Shown in pieces: positions 46,694-48,099 of a DNA stretch of 48,099 bases; within the stretch, counting starts at the first letter, position 1, and every line of letters starts with the position of its first letter. Position numbers and translations under genes: made by a program. Source of the stretch: an uncultured Verrucomicrobiota bacterium (lineage in GTDB: Bacteria > Verrucomicrobiota > Verrucomicrobiia > Limisphaerales > SIBE01); the NCBI GenBank assembly GCA_964355375.1, contig CAYHFE010000001.1, forward strand, positions 27,891-75,989, given 5' to 3'. The notes below the pieces were generated by a model. The model was given only the letters and a program-made list of their open reading frames with translations, was not told the origin of the DNA and did no database searches.

Positions 46694-47914
46694 ATGGCAC
46701 TCATCGTCCAAAAGTATGGCGGCACCTCGGTGGCAAATCCCGAAAGAATCAAGAATGTCGCGGCGCGGGTGGCCAATTACCGGTCGCGCGGCGACCAGAT
46801 TGTCGTGGTGGTTTCAGCCATGAGTGGCGTCACTGACGGCTTGATCAAGCTGGCCAAGGAAATCATGCCCCTGCCCAGTGAACGGGAAATGGACATGCTC
46901 CTGGCCACCGGTGAGCAGACCACGATCGCGTTGACGGCGATCGCCCTTCACGCACTTAGCATCGATGCCATCTCCTTGACTGGGGCGCAGGCGGGCATCG
47001 TCACCGACGGCGTCCACACCAAGGCCAAAATCCAGAACATCACGCCCAAGCAAGTCCACGCGCTGCTCGACGCAGGCAAAGTAGTCATCGTCGCTGGATT
47101 CCAAGGTCAGACTCCCGACGGGCAGATCACGACCCTGGGCCGTGGTGGATCGGATCTGACGGCCATCGCTCTGGCCGCGGCCCTCAAAGCCGACTTGTGT
47201 CAGATCTACACCGATGTCGATGGGGTCTATACGGCGGACCCCAGAATCGTGCCGACGGCGAAGAAGCTCCAGGAAATTGCTTACGATGAAATGCTCGAAC
47301 TGGCCAGCCTTGGAGCCAAGGTCATGCAATCCCGTTCGGTGGAATTCGCAAAAAATTTCGGCGTGATTTTCGAAGTCAGGTCGAGTCTCAATGACAACCC
47401 AGGAACGATCGTGAAAGAAGAAACCAAGAACATGGAAGACGTCGTCATCCGCGGCGTTTCGCTCGACAAGAATCAGGCCAAAATCACGCTGGTCACCGTC
47501 CCGGACAAGCCCGGCATCGCGGCCCGCATTTTCAAGGCCTTGGCCGACGCCACCATCAACGTGGACATGATCGTCCAAAATGTGAGCCACGGCACTGGCA
47601 GTCCGGCGACCGATCTGTCGTTCACCGTGGACAAGCCGGATCTTCTGAAAGCCGCCAAAGTCATCGAAAACCTGAAGAGGGACATCGGCATTGGCGAAGT
47701 CATTTCCGACGAGAAGATCGGCAAGCTCTCCATCGTGGGTGTCGGCATGCGCAGCCATTCGGGAGTCGCGGCCAAGATGTTTGATACTCTCGCCCAGGAA
47801 GGCATTAACATCGATATGATCTCGACGAGCGAAATCAAGATTTCGGTCGTGATCGATTTGGCCAAGGGTGAACAGGCGATGAAGGCCGTCCACCAGGCGT
47901 TCTACGGCGCCTGA
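46694..47914 (+). CDS. lysC: aspartate kinase (with ACT domains)
   Basis: 'MALIVQKYGGTSVANPERIKNVA...VVVVSAMSGVTD...GRGGSDLTA' plus tandem ACT domains. Confidence 0.95.
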   Translation: MALIVQKYGGTSVANPERIKNVAARVANYRSRGDQIVVVVSAMSGVTDGLIKLAKEIMPLPSEREMDMLLATGEQTTIALTAIALHALSIDAISLTGAQAGIVTDGVHTKAKIQNITPKQVHALLDAGKVVIVAGFQGQTPDGQITTLGRGGSDLTAIALAAALKADLCQIYTDVDGVYTADPRIVPTAKKLQEIAYDEMLELASLGAKVMQSRSVEFAKNFGVIFEVRSSLNDNPGTIVKEETKNMEDVVIRGVSLDKNQAKITLVTVPDKPGIAARIFKALADATINVDMIVQNVSHGTGSPATDLSFTVDKPDLLKAAKVIENLKRDIGIGEVISDEKIGKLSIVGVGMRSHSGVAAKMFDTLAQEGINIDMISTSEIKISVVIDLAKGEQAMKAVHQAFYGA

Positions 47915-48098
47915 GCCGTAGCGTAGTTGATTCGGCCTGGTCGCCGAGATAGAACATCGCCCATTGGCCGTCGCGATGGCGGGCGGCGAGGCGAAGCACT
48001 CGGCCCTGCGTCTTGCCGCCGGTGGCGAAGAGGGATTGGTCCGGCTCCAGCAGCCACCACTCGGCGCGGGCCTCGAAGATCTTCCGGAGGACTCCCAT
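47835..48098 (-). CDS. partial ORF (N-terminus outside the window), possibly the C-terminal beta-sandwich of a DUF4038/GH140-like protein
   Basis: It is open to the window edge. 'WWLLEPDQSLFATGGKTQGRVLRLAARHRDGQWAMFYLG' resembles the C-terminal domains of such proteins (from memory). Its last 80 nt overlap lysC, so the true end is doubtful. Confidence 0.3.
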   Translation of the reverse strand: MGVLRKIFEARAEWWLLEPDQSLFATGGKTQGRVLRLAARHRDGQWAMFYLGDQAESTTLRLRRRRTPGGRPSSPVHPWPNRSRPKS

Positions 48099-48099
48099 C

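Overview
This is a 48.1-kb, GC-rich (about 50-70% locally) bacterial chromosomal window. It probably comes from a soil Verrucomicrobiota/Acidobacteriota-type genome; that guess rests on the ADOP permease family and the repeat content. All calls below come from reading the ORF translations and the DNA by eye, with no searches run.

The window has two accessory stretches and a housekeeping block.

(A) 0.3-7.8 kb:
- A 1544-aa SF1 (Upf1/AAA_11-AAA_12-like) helicase is fused to a C-terminal DUF559/Vsr-fold nuclease (Hhe-like defence architecture).
- Three tightly packed small ORFs precede it, and two of them are paralogs.
- Next comes a vapBC toxin-antitoxin module. Its vapC is split by a 166-bp MITE-like insertion with a 5-bp target duplication.
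- A second MITE-like nested hairpin carries an 11-bp target duplication.
- An orphan DUF4160 gene closes the stretch.

(B) 7.8-20.1 kb: a MacA-like adaptor gene and a MacB/LolD-type ATPase gene are followed by four tandem, diverged ADOP (duplicated FtsX/MacB) permease genes. Three of the four have short tandem repeats just upstream of the start codon.

(C) 20.1-24.0 kb: a graveyard of defence and TA gene fragments.
- A restriction endonuclease N-terminus is joined to a methyltransferase C-terminus.
- There are parD/parE tails, a vsr tail and a dcm tail.
- A DUF2075 ATPase appears to be N-terminally truncated.
- The stretch ends in a cluster of double-hairpin REP-like repeats.

The rest is core metabolism: aas plus a lipase-like hydrolase, MarR, a secreted CAP-domain protein, an extended fur-sufBCD-sufU-sufT-sufS-rhodanese-nifU operon, mnmG, pgi, fliA-motAB, eno and lysC.

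The best candidates for something new are the helicase-nuclease cassette with its micro-ORFs and the non-orphan four-permease ADOP transporter locus.
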